Of a stretch of 64,000 bases of DNA, positions 40,308-51,373 are shown piece by piece. The translations under genes were made by a program, and so were the position numbers. A model generated the notes under the pieces. That model ran no database searches and was not told the DNA's origin. It saw only the letters and a program-made list of their open reading frames with translations. Source of the DNA: Sulfurimonas sp. (GTDB taxonomy: Bacteria; Campylobacterota; Campylobacteria; Campylobacterales; Sulfurimonadaceae); contig JAMOPL010000153.1 in NCBI GenBank assembly GCA_027064515.1, positions 6,125 through 70,124 of the forward strand, in the 5' to 3' direction. Numbering within the stretch: the stretch's first letter is position 1; every line of letters begins with the position of its first letter.

Positions 40308-41633
40308 ATGAAAAATAAAAGATATATAACATTAGGTTTTACATCTGTTGCAGTGGCATTATCTATTCTTTTTAGTACAGCACTTTTTGCATCTTCTTCA
40401 AAAGAGGAAACAAAAAAAGAGACTTCAAGACTAGAATCATTAGCTAAATTTACTAAAGTTATTAGTATTGTTGAAGAGTATAATGTTGATGAGGTGAATA
40501 TAGAAGAGTTGATGGATAAAGCTCTTGATGGGATGCTAAAAAATCTGGATGCACACTCAAATTATTTAACTCAAAAAGATTATAAAAAATTGAAGGTTCA
40601 AACAAATGGTGAGTTTGGTGGGCTTGGAATTACTGTTGGGATTCGAGATGGGGCATTAACTGTAATCGCACCAATAGAAGGAACTCCTGCTGATAAAGCT
40701 GGTTTAGAAGCTGGAGATATTGTACTTAAAATTAATGATAAATCAACTATAAGTATGACAATAGATGAAGCTGTTTCTTTTATGAGAGGGAAGGTTGGAA
40801 CTCCTATTGACTTAACAATCGTTAGAGAGGGTGAAAGTAGACCATTAAGTATCCATATCGTTAGGGGAATCATCTCTATTCAATCAGTTTATGCTAAAGA
40901 TATTGGTAATGATGTTTTATATGTTCGTGTAACTAGTTTTGATAAAAAAGTGGCAAGAGATGTAGCAAAAGCTATAAAAAAGAAAAAGTCTACAACAAAG
41001 GGTATTATTTTAGATTTAAGAAATAATCCTGGTGGTTTACTTGATCAAGCTGTTGATTTAGTCGACCTTTTTGTTGATAATGGTGATATAGTTTCACAAA
41101 AAGGGCGTCATAAATCTGATGCTAAAACATATACAGCAAATACTTCAACAACTGTTACAAAAGTACCGATGGTTGTACTGATTAACGGTGGTAGTGCAAG
41201 TGCAAGTGAAATTGTTAGTGGTGCTTTGCAAGATCATAAAAGAGCAGTTTTACTAGGTGAAAAAACTTTTGGAAAAGGTAGTGTACAAATTATACTTCCT
41301 ATTACAAATAAAGAAGCTATAAAACTTACTATTGCAAGATATTATCTACCAAGTGGAAGAACAATTCAAGCTGTTGGAGTTACTCCAGATATAGAAGTGT
41401 TACCTGGGGAAGTGAAAACTCGTAAAAATGAATTTGCTATAAAAGAGGCAGATTTAAAAAAACACCTTGAAGAAGAGTTAGAAAAAGTTGATGGAAAAAG
41501 CGATAAAAAAGATTCAAAAGAAGTACAAGACAAAGCAAAAAAAGATATAATTACACCAGATATGTTGAACAAAGATATTCAACTAAAAGAAGCAGTAGAT
41601 ATAATCAAAGCTTTAATGATAATAAAAGGATAA
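40308..41633 (+). CDS. ctpA: Carboxyl-terminal processing protease (S41)
   Basis: Signal peptide, PDZ (GGLGI), [23 protein letters not shown]. Confidence 0.93.
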   Translation: MKNKRYITLGFTSVAVALSILFSTALFASSSKEETKKETSRLESLAKFTKVISIVEEYNVDEVNIEELMDKALDGMLKNLDAHSNYLTQKDYKKLKVQTNGEFGGLGITVGIRDGALTVIAPIEGTPADKAGLEAGDIVLKINDKSTISMTIDEAVSFMRGKVGTPIDLTIVREGESRPLSIHIVRGIISIQSVYAKDIGNDVLYVRVTSFDKKVARDVAKAIKKKKSTTKGIILDLRNNPGGLLDQAVDLVDLFVDNGDIVSQKGRHKSDAKTYTANTSTTVTKVPMVVLINGGSASASEIVSGALQDHKRAVLLGEKTFGKGSVQIILPITNKEAIKLTIARYYLPSGRTIQAVGVTPDIEVLPGEVKTRKNEFAIKEADLKKHLEEELEKVDGKSDKKDSKEVQDKAKKDIITPDMLNKDIQLKEAVDIIKALMIIKG

Positions 41634-41640
41634 TAGAAGC

Positions 41641-42354
41641 ATGGAAAAAAGAGAACTACTTTACGAGGGAAAAGCAAAAAGACTTTTCCTAACAGATGAT
41701 GAAAACTTAGTGATTTCAGAGTTTAAAGATGATTTAACAGCATTCAATGGTGAAAAAAAATCAAGTGAAGCTGGTAAAGGTGCACTTAACAACAAAATCT
41801 CTACTGAGTTATTTAAACTTCTGGATTCCAAAGGTATTCAAACTCATTTTGTAGAGATGTTAGATGATAACCATATGCTTCATAAAAAAGCTGATGTAAT
41901 TTTAATAGAAGTAATTGTTCGTAATATTGCGACTGGTAGCCTTACTCGTAATTTAGGTATCAAAGATGGTACAGTTCTTCCATTTACTCTAGTAGAATTT
42001 GATTATAAAAATGATGATTTAGGTGATCCGAAACTTAATGACCAACATGCTCTTATCCTTGGACTTGTTCAATATCAAGATGAATTAGATAAACTTCGTC
42101 GTGTTGCAAGAGAGATTAATGATATTCTTTTACCATTTTTTGCAGATAAAGGGCTTAATCTTGTTGATTTCAAACTTGAATTTGGAAAGGACAACAATGG
42201 AAATATCATTTTAATTGATGAAATTTCTCCTGATAACTGCCGTTTTTGGGATATTGAGAGTGGAGAAAAGATGGATAAAGATAGATTCCGTCAAGGTTTA
42301 GGTGGCTTAAAAGTAGCTTATGAAGAAGTTTTAAATAGAATATTAGGAAAATAA
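41641..42354 (+). CDS. purC: SAICAR synthase
   Basis: [34 protein letters not shown]. Confidence 0.97.
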   Translation: MEKRELLYEGKAKRLFLTDDENLVISEFKDDLTAFNGEKKSSEAGKGALNNKISTELFKLLDSKGIQTHFVEMLDDNHMLHKKADVILIEVIVRNIATGSLTRNLGIKDGTVLPFTLVEFDYKNDDLGDPKLNDQHALILGLVQYQDELDKLRRVAREINDILLPFFADKGLNLVDFKLEFGKDNNGNIILIDEISPDNCRFWDIESGEKMDKDRFRQGLGGLKVAYEEVLNRILGK

Positions 42355-42357
42355 ATT

Positions 42358-42600
42358 ATGATAAAAGCAATTGTAAATGTATCTTTAAAAGCAGGTGTAT
42401 TAGATTCTCAAGGTAAAGCAGTTCATCATGCTTTAGATTCTCTTCACTTCAATGGTGTAAATGATGTTCGTGTTGGTAAACAAATTATTTTAAAATTAGA
42501 TACTGATAACAAAGAAACAGCAATGAATGATGTTACAAAAATGTGTGAAGAGCTTTTAGCTAACACTGTTATCGAAGATTATGAGATAGAGTTAGTATAA
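42358..42600 (+). CDS. purS: FGAM synthase subunit PurS
   Basis: VLDSQG, VRVGK, LLANTVIEDY. Confidence 0.95.
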   Translation: MIKAIVNVSLKAGVLDSQGKAVHHALDSLHFNGVNDVRVGKQIILKLDTDNKETAMNDVTKMCEELLANTVIEDYEIELV

Positions 42601-43271
42601 TGAAAGTATCGATTCTTCAATTTCCTGGAACTAACTGTGAGTATGATACACAACATGCTTTTAAAGAGTTGGGAGCAGAGACTGAGATTATATGGCATAA
42701 GTCTGAAACTATCCCTGCTGATACTAATCTTTTAGTAGTTGCTGGTGGTTTTTCTTATGGTGATTACCTAAGATCTGGTGCTATCGCAAGATTTTCTCCT
42801 GTTATGAAAGCTGTAATTGCTTATGCTAAAAATGGTGGAAAAGTTTTAGGAATCTGTAATGGTTTTCAAGTTTTAACAGAAGCTGGTTTATTGCCAGGTG
42901 CTTTAAAAAGAAATGAAAATCTACACTTTATATCTAAGCATCACCACTTGAAAGTTATTAACAATGATAATGTTTTCTTAGAAAAACTAGAAAATAATTC
43001 TGTTGTAAATATCCCTATTGCTCACCACGATGGAAACTATTTTATAGATTCTGATGGACTTCAAGAGCTGGAAAGTAACAATCAAATTCTTCTTAAATAT
43101 ACAGATGCTAATGGTGAGATTCGAAATCCTAATGGGAGTGTAGAATCTATTGCTGGTGTTTGTAATAAAGATAAAAATGTATTTGGTCTTATGCCTCACC
43201 CTGAAAGAGCAATGGAATTAATTCTTGGTTCTGATGATGGAGTTGCAATGCTTCAAGGGTTTCTTAAATAG
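42600..43271 (+). CDS. purQ: FGAM synthase subunit PurQ
   Basis: FPGTNC, GGFSYGDYLR, GICNGFQ, MPHPER. Confidence 0.97.
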   Translation: MKVSILQFPGTNCEYDTQHAFKELGAETEIIWHKSETIPADTNLLVVAGGFSYGDYLRSGAIARFSPVMKAVIAYAKNGGKVLGICNGFQVLTEAGLLPGALKRNENLHFISKHHHLKVINNDNVFLEKLENNSVVNIPIAHHDGNYFIDSDGLQELESNNQILLKYTDANGEIRNPNGSVESIAGVCNKDKNVFGLMPHPERAMELILGSDDGVAMLQGFLK

Positions 43272-44314
43272 TGATAAAATTTTTATTTCTAAGCCTTTTT
43301 CTTGTTACAGGACTTTTTTCTAAAGTCTTGTATATGAGTAATTATGAAGCTCCTGATAGAGTTATAAAGGGTGAAATCTTTCCTATTACAATCAAAGTAC
43401 TCTCTACTGTACAAAACAAAAGTAAAATAGAGTATGAATTTTTAAATTTTTCTGGCTTAAAACAACTAACATACACTCCTAAAAGAAAAATAGATGGAAA
43501 GTATTATTTTGAAACTTTTTATTTCTTATCAACATCAACTAAGGCTAAATTACCCGATATAAAAGCAAGTTTATTAGTAGATGGTAATAAATCAACAAGT
43601 ATGCTTAATGGTGCCAATCTTAGTGTAGTTAAGTTAAATCCTAAAAATAATTTTTCTAATGTAATTGCAAATAAATTTGAAATCGTTAATTATAAAACAA
43701 CTAGTTATGATAATGAACACAATATAATAGTACTAATGGCAAAAGCAAATAATTCAGATTTATCAAAAATGAATTTTAAAAATGTTTATAAACAAGAGAT
43801 AGAATCAATAAGCAAATCACATATAGAATCAAAAATAACATATATAATTGTAATAGATAAAAAGATTGATAATTTTAGTTTTTCATATTTTAATCTTATA
43901 AAAAATAGTTTTGAAACAATAAATATACCTATAATTGTTCAAGATGATGGTGTAACAACACAAACAGATCTTAAACCTAAAAATCAGACACATGAGCGTG
44001 TTAAGATGTATATAGCTATTCTTTTAGTAGTTATTTTATTTATATTTATAGTTTGGAGAAAAAAGTATATATATCTATTACTTTTAACAATTCCACTTTT
44101 TTATATAGCACAAAAAGCTATGCCAACAAAAGAGGTATGTATAAAAAAAGGCTCAAAAATTTATCTTTTACCAGTTAATAATGGAACAATATTTGAACTA
44201 ACAAAAGATGTATATCATCTTCCAAAAGAGGGAAGTATAGAAAATTTTGTAAAAGTAAAATTAAAAAATGAAAAAATAGGTTGGGTAAAAAATGAAGATA
44301 CTTGCTCATATTAA
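43271..44314 (+). CDS. Conserved exported/membrane protein with a C-terminal SH3-like domain
   Basis: Signal peptide, late TM segment, C-terminal IGWV; position between purQ and plsC as in Campylobacter. Confidence 0.75.
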   Translation: MIKFLFLSLFLVTGLFSKVLYMSNYEAPDRVIKGEIFPITIKVLSTVQNKSKIEYEFLNFSGLKQLTYTPKRKIDGKYYFETFYFLSTSTKAKLPDIKASLLVDGNKSTSMLNGANLSVVKLNPKNNFSNVIANKFEIVNYKTTSYDNEHNIIVLMAKANNSDLSKMNFKNVYKQEIESISKSHIESKITYIIVIDKKIDNFSFSYFNLIKNSFETINIPIIVQDDGVTTQTDLKPKNQTHERVKMYIAILLVVILFIFIVWRKKYIYLLLLTIPLFYIAQKAMPTKEVCIKKGSKIYLLPVNNGTIFELTKDVYHLPKEGSIENFVKVKLKNEKIGWVKNEDTCSY

Positions 44315-44990
44315 TTGGTTCTTTTCAACAGTAATAATTTTCACAGCACTTACTATATCAATTATTCTTTATCCTATTCTTCCAAGACCTTATGCTCGTA
44401 AAATCTCAGCTTGGTTTATTAGAATAACAGTTTTTTTCTCTACTGATATTGAGGGGGAAGAGGATCCAGCAGCTCAAATGTATCTAATTAATCATCAAAG
44501 TGATTTAGATATAGGGATAATGGAGACAATATCAAAAAAAGATTTATCTTGGGTTGCAAAAAAAGAACTTTTTGATGTTCCATTTTTTGGTTTAGCGATG
44601 AGTATGCCTGAAGATATTCCTATTGAAAGACAAAGTAAAATATCATTATTGAGACTTTTAAAGAACTCTAAAGATAGGCTAAATAAGGGTAGGGTTATAA
44701 CAATGTTTCCAGAGGGAACTCGTTCAAAAAATGGTAGAATGCTACCATTTAAAAGTGGTGCAAAAGTTGTAGCTGATAAATATCAACTAAAAGTTCAGCC
44801 TATTGTTTTAATGCAAACAGCAAAATATTATAATATCAAGAAATTTTATTATAAACCTGGATGTATAAAAGTGATATTTATGGATTCTTTTATTGCTGAT
44901 AAGAATGATAAGAATTGGTTGATTGAGTTAAGAATAAAAATGCAAAAGGTGTATGATGATGAGTTGGCAAACAATCCTAGCCATAGGTAG
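44292..44990 (+). CDS. plsC: 1-acyl-sn-glycerol-3-phosphate acyltransferase
   Basis: NHQSDLD, AKKEL, FPEGTRS, FKSG. Confidence 0.92.
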   Translation: MKILAHINWFFSTVIIFTALTISIILYPILPRPYARKISAWFIRITVFFSTDIEGEEDPAAQMYLINHQSDLDIGIMETISKKDLSWVAKKELFDVPFFGLAMSMPEDIPIERQSKISLLRLLKNSKDRLNKGRVITMFPEGTRSKNGRMLPFKSGAKVVADKYQLKVQPIVLMQTAKYYNIKKFYYKPGCIKVIFMDSFIADKNDKNWLIELRIKMQKVYDDELANNPSHR

Positions 44991-45345
44991 TGGTGGATTT
45001 ATAGGAGCAGTACTTCGTGCATATCTAAATGGTTTTATATCACATAAAATTCCACATACATTACCATTTGGTACATTAAGTGTTAATTTAATTGGTAGCC
45101 TTATTATGGGAATGTTAATAGCATATTTTATGTATACAACATTTTTTTCCTTACCAGCGAAGTCATTTTTATCTACTGGAATCTTGGGTGCATTAACAAC
45201 TTTTTCTACATTTGCTATTGAGAGTTTTTTATTATTAGAGGGTGGGCATATAGCCCTTGGTTTAACAAATATAATGTTAAATAGTTTTGGTAGTATTTTT
45301 ATGGCTGGAAGTGGTTTTTATATAGTGAAATATTTTTTTAGATAA
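44953..45345 (+). CDS. crcB: Fluoride efflux channel Fluc/CrcB
   Basis: GGFIGAVLR, PFGTL.VN, TGILGALTTFSTF. Confidence 0.95.
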   Translation: MMMSWQTILAIGSGGFIGAVLRAYLNGFISHKIPHTLPFGTLSVNLIGSLIMGMLIAYFMYTTFFSLPAKSFLSTGILGALTTFSTFAIESFLLLEGGHIALGLTNIMLNSFGSIFMAGSGFYIVKYFFR

Positions 45346-46318
45346 GTATATTTATAAAAAATTGAAACCCATCTCTAGAGACAAGTAGAGTTACTTTTTC
45401 TTTAAAGTTATTAATATTTTTCAATAAATCATCTCTATTGACTATTTTTATATTATTAACCTTTAATATCTTATCACCAACTCTAAGTGAGTTTTTTATC
45501 TCTTTTGGCACATTAGTTAGAATGAGATTTTTATTTATGTTATACCCTTTCCCTTCTAGAAATGTATCACTTATATATCCACCACCATATCTTTTTGTTG
45601 CAATTGTATTAATTATTAGAGTTTTGTTGCCTCTAGCTACTTTTATTTTATGTTTAGAACTAATCTTGCTAAATAATATATCTTTTGTAAATATTGATGC
45701 TTTTTTTACATTCTTATTATTATGTGAGATAATTATATCTCCAATTTTAAATAAATTATTTATTTTAAATGGATTAACAGCTTTAATAACTACACCATCT
45801 TTAGAGTTTTTTACTCTTATCCCAATATCAGAATAACTACTATTTTCCTTTGACAAGAATCTTTGAATATACTCTTTTTCAATAATTCCTTTCGGTGTTA
45901 CAATCCCTATTAGTAGACAACAGCTATTAGTCACAATAGCAGGATATATTATCTTTTCTTTAGGTTTTGCTAAACTATTTAATCCTATTTGATTTTTAAT
46001 AATTTTTATTTCAGTAGCATTAGTATAATTTACCATTGCACTACCTAATGAAAGGTATTTATTAATTTTAAATGGATATTTGAATTTTTGTTTATCTTCA
46101 ATTAGATAAAGGGATAAAAAAGGATCATATTTTAATATTTTAGCTTTAGGAGTGGTTCTTGAAAAAATGAGTCGTCTATTATTTATTACTGGAATTTTAA
46201 TTGTATTATTTGTAATAGATTTTGAATCTATTAGTTTTTGCTTGCAGGATTCATAGCCACCCTCACAAGCAAAAATATTTAAAATGGAAAAATTTATAAG
46301 TATAAATAGGCGAAGCAC
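45338..46318 (-). CDS. Exported PDZ-domain protein
   Basis: Signal peptide, KYDPFLSLYL, two GD.I PDZ-like segments; panD-ybaB-PDZ synteny as in Helicobacter. Confidence 0.78.
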   Translation of the reverse strand: MLRLFILINFSILNIFACEGGYESCKQKLIDSKSITNNTIKIPVINNRRLIFSRTTPKAKILKYDPFLSLYLIEDKQKFKYPFKINKYLSLGSAMVNYTNATEIKIIKNQIGLNSLAKPKEKIIYPAIVTNSCCLLIGIVTPKGIIEKEYIQRFLSKENSSYSDIGIRVKNSKDGVVIKAVNPFKINNLFKIGDIIISHNNKNVKKASIFTKDILFSKISSKHKIKVARGNKTLIINTIATKRYGGGYISDTFLEGKGYNINKNLILTNVPKEIKNSLRVGDKILKVNNIKIVNRDDLLKNINNFKEKVTLLVSRDGFQFFINILI

Positions 46319-46627
46319 CTATTTATTTCCAAATTGGTTCATTCCACCTAACATTCCCATTGCACTTTGTTGCTGATTTTGCTGAACCATCTTACTAGCA
46401 TCATTAACAGCACCAATAATAAGAATTTGCAAAGTTTCTTTGTCTGATAATAATGAATCATCAATATTCAAATCAATCATCTCACCTTTACCATTTAAAG
46501 ATACTTCAATAAGTCCACCACCACTTTTAACACTAAAAGTTTTAGATTCTAAATCCTCTTGAAGTTTACTAGCACTCTCTTGCATACCTTCAAGCATTTT
46601 AGCCATATCACCCATATTTGAAAACAT
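46319..46627 (-). CDS. ybaB: YbaB/EbfC nucleoid-associated protein
   Basis: SGGGL..V..NG, AVNDA. Confidence 0.9.
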   Translation of the reverse strand: MFSNMGDMAKMLEGMQESASKLQEDLESKTFSVKSGGGLIEVSLNGKGEMIDLNIDDSLLSDKETLQILIIGAVNDASKMVQQNQQQSAMGMLGGMNQFGNK

Positions 46628-46630
46628 AAT

Positions 46631-46996
46631 TTATATCTCTTCTAATATTTCGTCTATATTATTTTCATCATTTAAAAGAACAACTTTTGGTTTATAAGTT
46701 TCTAAATCTTTTTCATCATATGTAGCATAAGCAACTATAATTACTTTATCACCCTTATGAACTTTTCTAGCAGCAGCACCATTAAGACATATGTCACGCT
46801 CACCACGCTCACCTAAAATAATATAAGTAGAAAATCTTTCACCATTATTTATATTAAGTATCTCAACTTTTTGTCCCACTCTCATTTTTGAAGCTTCTAA
46901 TAACTCTTCATCAATTGTAATTGAACCAACATAATTCAAGTTTGCATCAGTAACTGTTGCACGGTGAATTTTGCTGTAAAGCATCTCTATCGTCAT
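46631..46996 (-). CDS. panD: Aspartate 1-decarboxylase
   Basis: [30 protein letters not shown]. Confidence 0.97.
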   Translation of the reverse strand: MTIEMLYSKIHRATVTDANLNYVGSITIDEELLEASKMRVGQKVEILNINNGERFSTYIILGERGERDICLNGAAARKVHKGDKVIIVAYATYDEKDLETYKPKVVLLNDENNIDEILEEI

Positions 46997-47004
46997 TATA
47001 TACC

Positions 47005-47379
47005 CTATCTTCCCATCTGTTTTTGCATATTAGCTGGAGTGATTGCTTCATCCCATAGTTCAGAATCAATTACATATTCCTCAACTACATTTCCACCAAT
47101 AATATGTTCACTAACAATACGATCCATTTTTTCTTTTGTTAAACCTACATACATTGTATGTCCTGGTTCTACTAACATAACTGGACCTGAACTACAACGA
47201 TTCATACATGAAGTACGGATTGGTTGAACTGTTGCCATAATTCCATCTTGCATAAGTTTTTGAGCCAAATACTGAAATAAGTCTTGAGTCTGTGGTGTAA
47301 CACATGAAGGTTTTGGCATTCCTGGAGGAGCAGATTGCTCACATTTGAATATATAGTATGCTGGTTGTGGGATTCCCAT
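47005..47379 (-). CDS. Thioredoxin-like [2Fe-2S] ferredoxin
   Basis: Cys pattern C-x12-C...[22 protein letters not shown]. Confidence 0.88.
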   Translation of the reverse strand: MGIPQPAYYIFKCEQSAPPGMPKPSCVTPQTQDLFQYLAQKLMQDGIMATVQPIRTSCMNRCSSGPVMLVEPGHTMYVGLTKEKMDRIVSEHIIGGNVVEEYVIDSELWDEAITPANMQKQMGR

Positions 47380-47447
47380 AAATTGTCCTTGTTTATTTTG
47401 GTGGAATTATAGCAAAATATTAATTGCTATATATAATGTTTTTGTAT

Positions 47448-48743
47448 TTATTTTATATTTAAGAGTTCTCTAACAATATCTCTATCATCAAAAGGAAATT
47501 TCTTATCATAAATGATTTGGTGTGCTTCATCACCTTTTCCTAATATAATAACAACTTCATCATCTTCTTGATCATCTAAAGCCATTTGAATAGCTTTTTT
47601 TCTATCTAACTCAACTATAACATCTGTTGTGTTATCTATCCCATCAAGAATATCATTAGCAATTAGTTGTGGGTCTTCATTTCGTGGATTATCACTAGTT
47701 ATATAAACTTTTTTACCAAGGCTAACAGCAATTTTCCCCATTAATGGTCTTTTTAATCTATCTCTATCTCCACCAGCACCAAAAACAACTAAAAGTGATT
47801 TTTCTTTTAGTGCATTTAGAACTTGTTGCATCCCATCTGGAGTATGTGCAAAATCAACTATAACATTTGGAGCTTCACATACTTGTTCCATTCGTCCACT
47901 CACACCAGCAAAGTTATCAACTACATTTGTAACTTCCTCTAGCTTTTTGCCTGTTAAAATATGAACAGCACTGATACTTGCCATTAGGTTGTATAGATTG
48001 AAAAATCCATGAAGAGATGCAGTAAAAGGAACTACCTCCTGAAAGTGTTGAATAATTCCACTACTTGCATTATTTAGTGAGTATGCCATAAGTCTGTAAG
48101 TTGCTGAATTTTCTATCCCATATGCAAAAGCATTTTTTATATTGAAAGATGCTCTTGGTTCATCTTTATTTATCAGTTTTTTACATTCATCTTGAAAAAA
48201 ACTATTTTTAACAGCGATATATTCACCAATAGTTTTATGATAATCTAGATGATCCTGCGTAATATTTGTAAGTATCTTAAGCTCAAAGTTTAAACCTTCA
48301 ATTCTTTTTTGAACAATAGCATGAGAACTAACCTCCATAATAAAAAATTCACATCCAGCTTCAACAGCCTGATAAATATGTTTGTAAGTATTTAAAACAG
48401 ATGGAGTTGTCAATGTTTTTCCCTCAATAACTTCATCATTCATAAATAATCCACGAGTCCCTTGCATCGCAACCTTATAGTCTAAATCAAGTAAAAAAGA
48501 GTATATAGCACTTGCTGTTGTTGTTTTACCATTTGTACCAGTTATCCCAATAATTTTTATTTTGTCTATACCAAAAAGTTTAGATATATCTTTGATTTTA
48601 ATTATAGAGTGTGCATTATTATCTTTTGCATTTTGCAGGTATCTTTCATTTTGAGCTGTTAAAACAAAAGCAGTTTCTCCATCACATTCAGTAGAATTTT
48701 CTGTTACATATCGATACTTTTGATTAGGTAGTTCAATTCTCAA
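47448..48743 (-). CDS. murE: UDP-MurNAc-tripeptide synthetase (meso-DAP adding)
   Basis: GITGTNGKTT, MEVSSH, DHLDYH, DFAHTPD, DNPR, GKG.E. Confidence 0.96.
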   Translation of the reverse strand: MRIELPNQKYRYVTENSTECDGETAFVLTAQNERYLQNAKDNNAHSIIKIKDISKLFGIDKIKIIGITGTNGKTTTASAIYSFLLDLDYKVAMQGTRGLFMNDEVIEGKTLTTPSVLNTYKHIYQAVEAGCEFFIMEVSSHAIVQKRIEGLNFELKILTNITQDHLDYHKTIGEYIAVKNSFFQDECKKLINKDEPRASFNIKNAFAYGIENSATYRLMAYSLNNASSGIIQHFQEVVPFTASLHGFFNLYNLMASISAVHILTGKKLEEVTNVVDNFAGVSGRMEQVCEAPNVIVDFAHTPDGMQQVLNALKEKSLLVVFGAGGDRDRLKRPLMGKIAVSLGKKVYITSDNPRNEDPQLIANDILDGIDNTTDVIVELDRKKAIQMALDDQEDDEVVIILGKGDEAHQIIYDKKFPFDDRDIVRELLNIK

Positions 48744-49331
48744 TTATTCACCCTTTTTTTCTAATATTTTTTTTAATAATTTATTTAATGAACTATCTCC
48801 ACTATAAGTACTTAATGCATTTTCTAAGTAACTCATAGCCATTTCGGAAAAATCATGTTCAATTAGTTTGTCAAGAAAATCTATGAAATCTTCTTTTTTT
48901 GTAATTATTACTCTAGTAGAAAACATTATATTTTCAAATATTTCTTTAAAATTGTTTTCTTTATTTACTATATCGATAAAATCTTTATATATGATTCCGT
49001 CTTCATATTCTAGTCTTTCTTTAAGAGGATCTGAAAAAATAGTATTCATTTTTTCTATTGTTCCATCCATATTTTGTAATAAATCACTCATAATTTCATC
49101 TGCTTGATCTTTATTCTCTTCTATCAATATCTCATAATAGTCAAATAAAGCTTCTGCACCACCTTCACCACTCATTGCCATTTCTGATAATATAGCACCA
49201 TTGTAAGCTTCTTTTGAATTGGGAAAGTTTTGTAAAACTTCAGCAAATTTTTTCAATGCATTCTCATAGTCTGACTTTGAAAAATTGTCTTTTGCTTGTG
49301 ATAATATTTTAAATTTACTAATACTACTCAT
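48744..49331 (-). CDS. Conserved TPR-like hypothetical protein
   Basis: Helical TPR-like N-terminus, FENIMFSTRV.I; between NifU-like and murE as in Helicobacter. Confidence 0.75.
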   Translation of the reverse strand: MSSISKFKILSQAKDNFSKSDYENALKKFAEVLQNFPNSKEAYNGAILSEMAMSGEGGAEALFDYYEILIEENKDQADEIMSDLLQNMDGTIEKMNTIFSDPLKERLEYEDGIIYKDFIDIVNKENNFKEIFENIMFSTRVIITKKEDFIDFLDKLIEHDFSEMAMSYLENALSTYSGDSSLNKLLKKILEKKGE

Positions 49332-49352
49332 AATTAATTATTTATCCGATTA

Positions 49353-49628
49353 TTATAAACTATCTATACTATTTTCCATTCCAACAGGAACATTAACAAC
49401 TTCAAGTTCAGGATGTATATTCATTCGAAGTTGTCTTTCAACCCCATATTTCAATGTGTTACCACTACTTGCACAACCTATACATGCACCTTTAAGTTGT
49501 ACATATATTTTAGAGTTCTTAACTGTTATAAAATCAATATCTCCACCATCTAACGCTAAAGATGGACGAATCTTATCTATTGTACTTTTAACTGGAGCCA
49601 TTAGCTCCTCATCAGTAAATGGAATCAT
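49353..49628 (-). CDS. NifU/Nfu-type Fe-S carrier domain protein
   Basis: IRPSLALDGGD, GACIGC, TLKYGVE. Confidence 0.92.
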   Translation of the reverse strand: MIPFTDEELMAPVKSTIDKIRPSLALDGGDIDFITVKNSKIYVQLKGACIGCASSGNTLKYGVERQLRMNIHPELEVVNVPVGMENSIDSL

Positions 49629-49696
49629 TATAATAAACCTCTTAATTATTTTTTATATTTATAAAATATGACAAATTTGCTTAACAAATGATAAAA

Positions 49697-50914
49697 TTAT
49701 TTATTTAAAGATAATATCTGATTTACATATGTAGATTTTCTCATCCCTACTAATATATAATCTATATCATCTATATTTTGTAAATATTTTAAAGCACACT
49801 CTTGTAATAGACTTGAACAATCTTTGAAAAATGGTTTTAAAGTTGCTTTTGTTTTTTTACCACATTCATAAGCTACCATTTTTCTATATTCTTGTAAAAA
49901 TATATCAATAAAATTAAAAATAGTTTCTCTATTTTCTTCATCTAATATTTCAATAGTTTTTTTAAGGTGTGGAATTATTTGAGAGTATAAAAATGTATCA
50001 TAATCTCCAATCCAAGCAAATTTATGCTTAGAATCATCTAGCTGTTCTATAAGATTATATAATGGTTTCAAAATCTTATTATCACTAACATTTAAAAGTT
50101 CATTTAAATAGTTATAATATTCAATACTTTCATCATACTCTGCTAGTCTATACATAACATTGCCATATTGAGCATTTAATGGTCTATTAGATAGAACTCT
50201 AAGATTATTTTCTTTTGCCCATGCTGCACAATGTAGACCATTTTTTTCTAATATATTTATAGGTAATTCTATTGTAGAAAAGTTGTGTTTTTTATTTCCA
50301 ATTTTTTGAGATGCTTTTATTGCTAAAGTTATTAAATCTTCATAAGGTAAAAATTCATCTGAATCACTTGCTACTGAAAAGCTATTAGAACTAATTCCAT
50401 ATGAACCAATACGGTTCTCTTTTACCTCTTTCTCTAGTTGTATAAATGCAAGATAAATTCTATTATATATCTCATCAAGTCTTTTATCTTTAGAAATATT
50501 TTTATTTATTGCATCATATAGATAATATTCAGGGTTATGAAGAAGATAGCAATTAAGTTTTTTAATCTCTAGTCTCTCTAATGAATCTGAAAGTTGAGAA
50601 TTTATAAATGTTGCTGAAATAGAGTGATAACACTCATCACTATATTCAACCACTTCATCAAATGGATTTTTATTGTGTTTTTCCATATTAGTATTTTGGA
50701 TATAACCAACTTTACTAACTATCTCTATCTCATCTTTTATATTATCATCAAACTCTCTTAGAGCAATAGCGATAGCTCTCTCAGAACTACCATCCATATA
50801 GTTAGATGATGTGTCTATAAGTTTTACACCAGAATTAATTGCTTCTCTAATAGATTCTATATGTTGTGGATTATGTTCACTGATTCGGTAAGTTCCAAAT
50901 GCGAAATTACTCAT
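49697..50914 (-). CDS. Aldo/keto reductase family protein
   Basis: FGTYR, IDTSSNY, SKVGY, LLHNPE, YGISSN, NRPL, LVGMR. Confidence 0.85.
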   Translation of the reverse strand: MSNFAFGTYRISEHNPQHIESIREAINSGVKLIDTSSNYMDGSSERAIAIALREFDDNIKDEIEIVSKVGYIQNTNMEKHNKNPFDEVVEYSDECYHSISATFINSQLSDSLERLEIKKLNCYLLHNPEYYLYDAINKNISKDKRLDEIYNRIYLAFIQLEKEVKENRIGSYGISSNSFSVASDSDEFLPYEDLITLAIKASQKIGNKKHNFSTIELPINILEKNGLHCAAWAKENNLRVLSNRPLNAQYGNVMYRLAEYDESIEYYNYLNELLNVSDNKILKPLYNLIEQLDDSKHKFAWIGDYDTFLYSQIIPHLKKTIEILDEENRETIFNFIDIFLQEYRKMVAYECGKKTKATLKPFFKDCSSLLQECALKYLQNIDDIDYILVGMRKSTYVNQILSLNK

Positions 50915-50969
50915 ATTGTCTCACTTTTATTTAAGTATTTTAGAATTGGGAAAGTTAAAAGGGATTTAG

Positions 50970-50994
50970 TTAGAGAAACAAAAAGTTTCTCTAA
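50970..50994 (-). terminator. Stem-loop after rplQ
   Basis: ttagagaaac-aaaaa-gtttctctaa perfect stem. Confidence 0.7.
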
Positions 50995-51008
50995 TCTAGG
51001 TTATTGAA

Positions 51009-51359
51009 TTATACTAATTCAATAAATGCCATAGTAGTAGCATCACCACGACGAATTCTAGTACGAGTAATTCTAGTATATCCACCATTACGGTCAACAT
51101 ATTTAGGAGCTATCTCATTTACTAAAGTTTTTGTAGCTTCTTTACTTTGAAGCGCAGCAAACACTGTTCTGTGAGCATTAGAATCATTTTTAGTAGCAAC
51201 TGTAATAAGTTTTTCTACATAAGAACGAAGTTCTTTAGCTTTAATAGCAGTAGTTTCAATTTTACCATGTTCTATTAACGAAATACTAAGGTTCTTAAGT
51301 AAAGCAGCACGGTGTGCACTTGTACGACCTAGTTTACGGTATCCATGACGATGTCTCAT
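51009..51359 (-). CDS. rplQ: 50S ribosomal protein L17
   Basis: MRH...[17 protein letters not shown]. Confidence 0.98.
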   Translation of the reverse strand: MRHRHGYRKLGRTSAHRAALLKNLSISLIEHGKIETTAIKAKELRSYVEKLITVATKNDSNAHRTVFAALQSKEATKTLVNEIAPKYVDRNGGYTRITRTRIRRGDATTMAFIELV

Positions 51360-51373
51360 CTATTATCCTCTAA

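Noticed and set aside
44900-44960. Fluoride riboswitch upstream of crcB
   Set aside because: crcB overlaps plsC, so there is no free leader, and I could not fold a convincing riboswitch there
49285-49671. 128-aa plus-strand ORF
   Set aside because: Antisense to the Nfu-type gene and the TPR gene; no recognisable motifs
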